Origin: an uncultured Gammaproteobacteria bacterium
GTDB taxonomy: Bacteria > Pseudomonadota > Gammaproteobacteria > GCA-001735895
Assembly: GCA_964651385.1 (NCBI GenBank)
Contig: CAZYYM010000005.1
Span: 13,836-77,835 of the forward strand
Length of the DNA stretch: 64,000 bases
Direction: 5' to 3'
Shown here: positions 60,677-64,000 of the stretch, piece after piece
How the letters are laid out: each line of letters starts with the position of its first letter
How positions within the stretch are numbered: position 1 is the first letter of the stretch
Position numbers and translations under genes: made by a program
Notes under the pieces: generated by a model
Seen by the model: the letters and a program-made list of their open reading frames with translations, nothing else
The model's database searches: none
Told to the model about the DNA's origin: nothing

Positions 60677-61927
60677 ATGAGTCAATATTCGATTTTCTCG
60701 CTCGCGCGAAATGCGATGAGTTATCACCAGAACTGGTCCGCCGCCTGGCGTAGCCCCGAGCCTAAACAGCAATACGACGCGATTATTATCGGTGGTGGTG
60801 GGCATGGCCTGGCGACTGCCTATTATATGGCGAAAGAGCACGGCATGCGCAATATAGCCGTGCTTGAAAAGGGCTGGATCGGTGGCGGTAATACCGGACG
60901 TAATACCACCATCGTACGCTCCAATTATCTCTGGGACGAGTCAGCGCATCTATACGAAAAATCTATGAAACTCTGGGAAGGCCTGAGTCAGGACCTGAAC
61001 TATAACGTCATGTTCAGCCAACGTGGCGTTTATAATCTTGGTCATACCCTGCAAGACATGCGTGATATCCAGCGCCGGGTGAATGCTAATCGCTTAAACG
61101 GCATCGATGGTCACGTTGTTACAGCGCAGGAAATCAAGGCGGCGATTCCGCATATCAATATCTCGCAAGAGGTCCGTTACCCGATCATGGGCGCTTCTTT
61201 TCAGCCACGTGGTGGTGTCGCGCGGCACGATGCCGTAGCCTGGGGTTTTGCTCGTGGTGCCGATCAATACGGCGTCGATATCATTCAAAACTGCGAAGTG
61301 ACGTCGATTCTGCAGGAAAATAGCGCAGTTACCGGCGTCGAGACCACGCGGGGTAAAATAATGTCCGCGAAGATCGGTGTGGTGGTTGCCGGGCATTGCT
61401 CTGTGCTTGCCGAAATGGCAGGATTCCGTATGCCGATAGAGAGTCATCCGCTGCAGGCACTGGTGTCCGAACCGATTAAACCGATTCTCGATACTGTGGT
61501 CATGTCTAACGCAGTACACGGTTACGTCAGTCAATCCGACAAAGGCGATCTGGTGATCGGCGCCGGTATCGACAGTTATAATGGATATGGACAGCGCGGT
61601 AGCTTTTCCGGCATCGAGCACACGGTGTCGGCTATAGTCGAACTCTTCCCGATTTTCAGCCGCGTGCGCATGAACCGGCAGTGGGGCGGCATCGTCGACA
61701 CCGCGCCGGATGCCTGCCCGATCATCGGTAATGCGCCGCTTAAAGGCTTATATTTTAATTGTGGATGGGGCACCGGCGGTTTCAAGGCGACACCGGGTTC
61801 AGGTTGGGTATTCGCGCACAATGTCGCCACCGGGGAACCACACGAACTCAACCGACCCTTCGCGCTTGACCGCTTTGTGACGGGTTATCTGATCGACGAG
61901 CACGGCGCCGCTGGCGTCGCCCACTAG
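60677..61927 (+). CDS. soxB: Heterotetrameric sarcosine oxidase family beta subunit
   Basis: [53 protein letters not shown]. Confidence 0.95.
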   Translation: MSQYSIFSLARNAMSYHQNWSAAWRSPEPKQQYDAIIIGGGGHGLATAYYMAKEHGMRNIAVLEKGWIGGGNTGRNTTIVRSNYLWDESAHLYEKSMKLWEGLSQDLNYNVMFSQRGVYNLGHTLQDMRDIQRRVNANRLNGIDGHVVTAQEIKAAIPHINISQEVRYPIMGASFQPRGGVARHDAVAWGFARGADQYGVDIIQNCEVTSILQENSAVTGVETTRGKIMSAKIGVVVAGHCSVLAEMAGFRMPIESHPLQALVSEPIKPILDTVVMSNAVHGYVSQSDKGDLVIGAGIDSYNGYGQRGSFSGIEHTVSAIVELFPIFSRVRMNRQWGGIVDTAPDACPIIGNAPLKGLYFNCGWGTGGFKATPGSGWVFAHNVATGEPHELNRPFALDRFVTGYLIDEHGAAGVAH

Positions 61928-61939
61928 GAGTTTAAAGCG

Positions 61940-62224
61940 ATGTTACTAATTCAATGCCCCTATTGTGGCGAGCGTGACGAAACCGAATTTTCCTATGCCG
62001 GTGAAGCGCATATTGCGCGCCCGCAGGAAACTGAAGAACTCAGCGATGACGAATGGGCGGATTATCTGTTCATGCGTAAAAATCCGAAAGGCCTGCATCG
62101 CGAACAGTGGTTGCATGCGGCGGGCTGTCGCCGCTATTTTAATGCCGAGCGTGATACCGTCAGTTATAAAATCAGTTCGACCTATAAAATAGGCGAGCTG
62201 CCACCATCGGAGAGTCAATCATGA
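61940..62224 (+). CDS. soxD: Sarcosine oxidase family delta subunit
   Basis: Zn ligands CPYC...H..GC; EFSYAGEAHIARP. Confidence 0.94.
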   Translation: MLLIQCPYCGERDETEFSYAGEAHIARPQETEELSDDEWADYLFMRKNPKGLHREQWLHAAGCRRYFNAERDTVSYKISSTYKIGELPPSESQS

Positions 62225-64000
62225 GCCAAAAATTTCGACTCTCGGACGGAGGTCGCATCGACCGGGAACAGACTCTGAGCTTTCAGTTCAACGGTAAAAG
62301 TTATTGCGGACTAAAGGGCGATACACTGGCTTCGGCATTACTCGCCAACGGCGTGCATATGGTTGGCCGTAGCTGGAAGTACCATCGGCCACGTGGCATT
62401 TTGAGTGCCGGGGCGGAAGAGCCGAATGCGATTTTTCAGCTTGAAAAAGGTGCCTATACTATTCCCAATGCGCGTGGTACCCAGGTCGAATTATATGCCG
62501 ACCTGAACGCCAGTAGCGTCAACTGCTGGCCCTCGCTCGGTTTCGATTTAATGGCCATCAACAGCAAATTCTCGCGCTTGATGCCCGCCGGTTTTTATTA
62601 CAAAACCTTCATGTGGCCGAGACAAATGTGGATGAAGTACGAACATTTCATTCGTAAGGCTTCAGGGCTTGGCGAATCGCCGCGGCAGGAAGACCCGGAT
62701 CGCTACGAACATGGACATGCACACTGCGATCTACTGGTGATCGGTGGTGGTGTTGGTGGGCTCACTGCAGCACTGGCTGCGGGACGCGCCGGTGCGCGGG
62801 TCATACTGGTGGATGAACAGGCAGAATTTGGGGGTTTGACCTTGAATAGCCATGCCCAAATCGATAGCAAACCAGCGACACAGTGGATCGACCAGGCGGT
62901 GATCGAATTACAGGGCATGAAAGAAGTGACCCTGCTGAAGCGGAGTACGGCTTTCGGCTATCATGACTACAATTTTGTCACGGTTAATCAGCGTTTAAGC
63001 GACCACCTACCATTAGTAGAGCGTAACCGAGGGCGAGAAAAGGTCTGGCAGATTCGGGCGCATCAGGTTGTTCTGGCAACGGGAGCGGCAGAACGTCCAT
63101 TGGTGTTTGCCAATAATGATCGCCCGGGCATGATGCTGGCGTCGGCGGTATCGACCTATATCAATCGATACGCCGTTAAGCCGGGTAACCGGGCGGTAAT
63201 ATTTACCAATAATGACAGTGCTTATCAAACCGCGCTGGACTGTAAGGCCGCAGGAGTCGAAATTGTCGCGGTGGTCGATGTCCGCACGCAGTCGGCTAGT
63301 GAAATTGCCAATACTGTGCGTAGTGCCGGTATCGAAGTGATGAATGGCAGTGTTGTGGTCGATAGCTCGGGGGCGAAGCATTTGCGCTCAATACAGGTTA
63401 TGAATCTGTCGGCCGATGGCCGTTCGCTGAATGGCTCAGTGAAGGAATTGAATTGCGACTTACTCACAGTATCTGGCGGCTGGAGCCCGGTGGTACACCT
63501 CAGTTCACAATCCGGTGCGAAAGCCATCTGGAATGATGAGCAGGGGATGTTCCTGCCCGGTACACCGACTCAGGCCCAGGTGTCTGTGGGTGCTGCGAAT
63601 GGTACGCTGGGTTTAAACGATACGCTGCAACAGGCCACCATTGCAGGAAATGCTGCGGCTAATGCCTGTGGTTTTGATGCATCTATGCCTGCGCCGTCTG
63701 CTCAGTTGGTGATCAATGATGCGATCAGGCCGCTCTGGCTGGTGCCTTCCGGCTATCCGCGCGGAAGAGGCCCCAAAGCCTTCATAGATATGCAAAATGA
63801 TGTCGGTGCCAGCGATATCCAGCTCGCCGCTCGCGAGGGTTTCCATTCGGTTGAGCACGTCAAACGATATACCGCGATGGGTTTCGGTACCGATCAGGGC
63901 AAGTTGGGCAATATTAACGGTATGGCGATACTTGCGGAAACCCTCGGGCAGACCATTGCCGAAACCGGTACAACGACTTATCGACCCAATTATACGCCGG
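62221..64000 (+). CDS. soxA: Sarcosine oxidase family alpha subunit (partial, runs off the window; absent from the ORF track)
   Basis: Manual reading MSQKFRLSDGGRIDR...GDTLASALLANG...KYHRPRG...LVIGGGVGG...KRYTAMGFGTDQGK...TTYRPNYTP; I saw no in-frame stop before 64000. Confidence 0.93.
   Translation, partial: MSQKFRLSDGGRIDREQTLSFQFNGKSYCGLKGDTLASALLANGVHMVGRSWKYHRPRGILSAGAEEPNAIFQLEKGAYTIPNARGTQVELYADLNASSVNCWPSLGFDLMAINSKFSRLMPAGFYYKTFMWPRQMWMKYEHFIRKASGLGESPRQEDPDRYEHGHAHCDLLVIGGGVGGLTAALAAGRAGARVILVDEQAEFGGLTLNSHAQIDSKPATQWIDQAVIELQGMKEVTLLKRSTAFGYHDYNFVTVNQRLSDHLPLVERNRGREKVWQIRAHQVVLATGAAERPLVFANNDRPGMMLASAVSTYINRYAVKPGNRAVIFTNNDSAYQTALDCKAAGVEIVAVVDVRTQSASEIANTVRSAGIEVMNGSVVVDSSGAKHLRSIQVMNLSADGRSLNGSVKELNCDLLTVSGGWSPVVHLSSQSGAKAIWNDEQGMFLPGTPTQAQVSVGAANGTLGLNDTLQQATIAGNAAANACGFDASMPAPSAQLVINDAIRPLWLVPSGYPRGRGPKAFIDMQNDVGASDIQLAAREGFHSVEHVKRYTAMGFGTDQGKLGNINGMAILAETLGQTIAETGTTTYRPNYTP

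Overview
Gammaproteobacterial chromosome segment next to the replication origin. The taxonomy is inferred from rpmH-rnpA-yidD-yidC-mnmE, Pseudomonas-type thrB-polA-engB-cc4-dsbA synteny, gatCAB and recCBD. The first ~39 kb is mostly core genome: rpmH (missed by the ORF track), rnpA, yidD, yidC, mnmE, thrB, polA, engB, cytochrome c4, dsbA, a hybrid histidine kinase with an HsbR-like REC-PP2C-kinase, recCBD, mmsA, an MFS-acyltransferase, gatCAB, mreBCD, rnd, an orphan fliL and bolA. From ~39 kb to the end is an accessory signalling and amine-catabolism region. It has two membrane class III nucleotide cyclases, an MCP with no obvious sensor domain and an SDR with an in-frame deletion. It also has a methylated-glycine module (GcvT-family dimethylglycine dehydrogenase-like gene, etfBA, BCCT carrier, LysR, soxBDA running off the window). 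The most interesting locus is an Lrp-linked divergent cluster at 42963-48472 that I cannot match to a described pathway. It encodes a glutamine-synthetase-like ligase with a remodelled substrate pocket, a MetX-fold hydrolase, an EutQ-like cupin, an NTF2-like protein, a Rieske oxygenase without a reductase, and a glyoxalase. The second highlight is a ~115-nt multi-hairpin sRNA candidate between polA and engB (the Spot42/ErsA position) with a sigma-E-type promoter and anti-Shine-Dalgarno-like loops. I saw no rRNA, tRNA, CRISPR array, transposase or integrase. All family assignments come from motif recognition by eye; no database searches were run.
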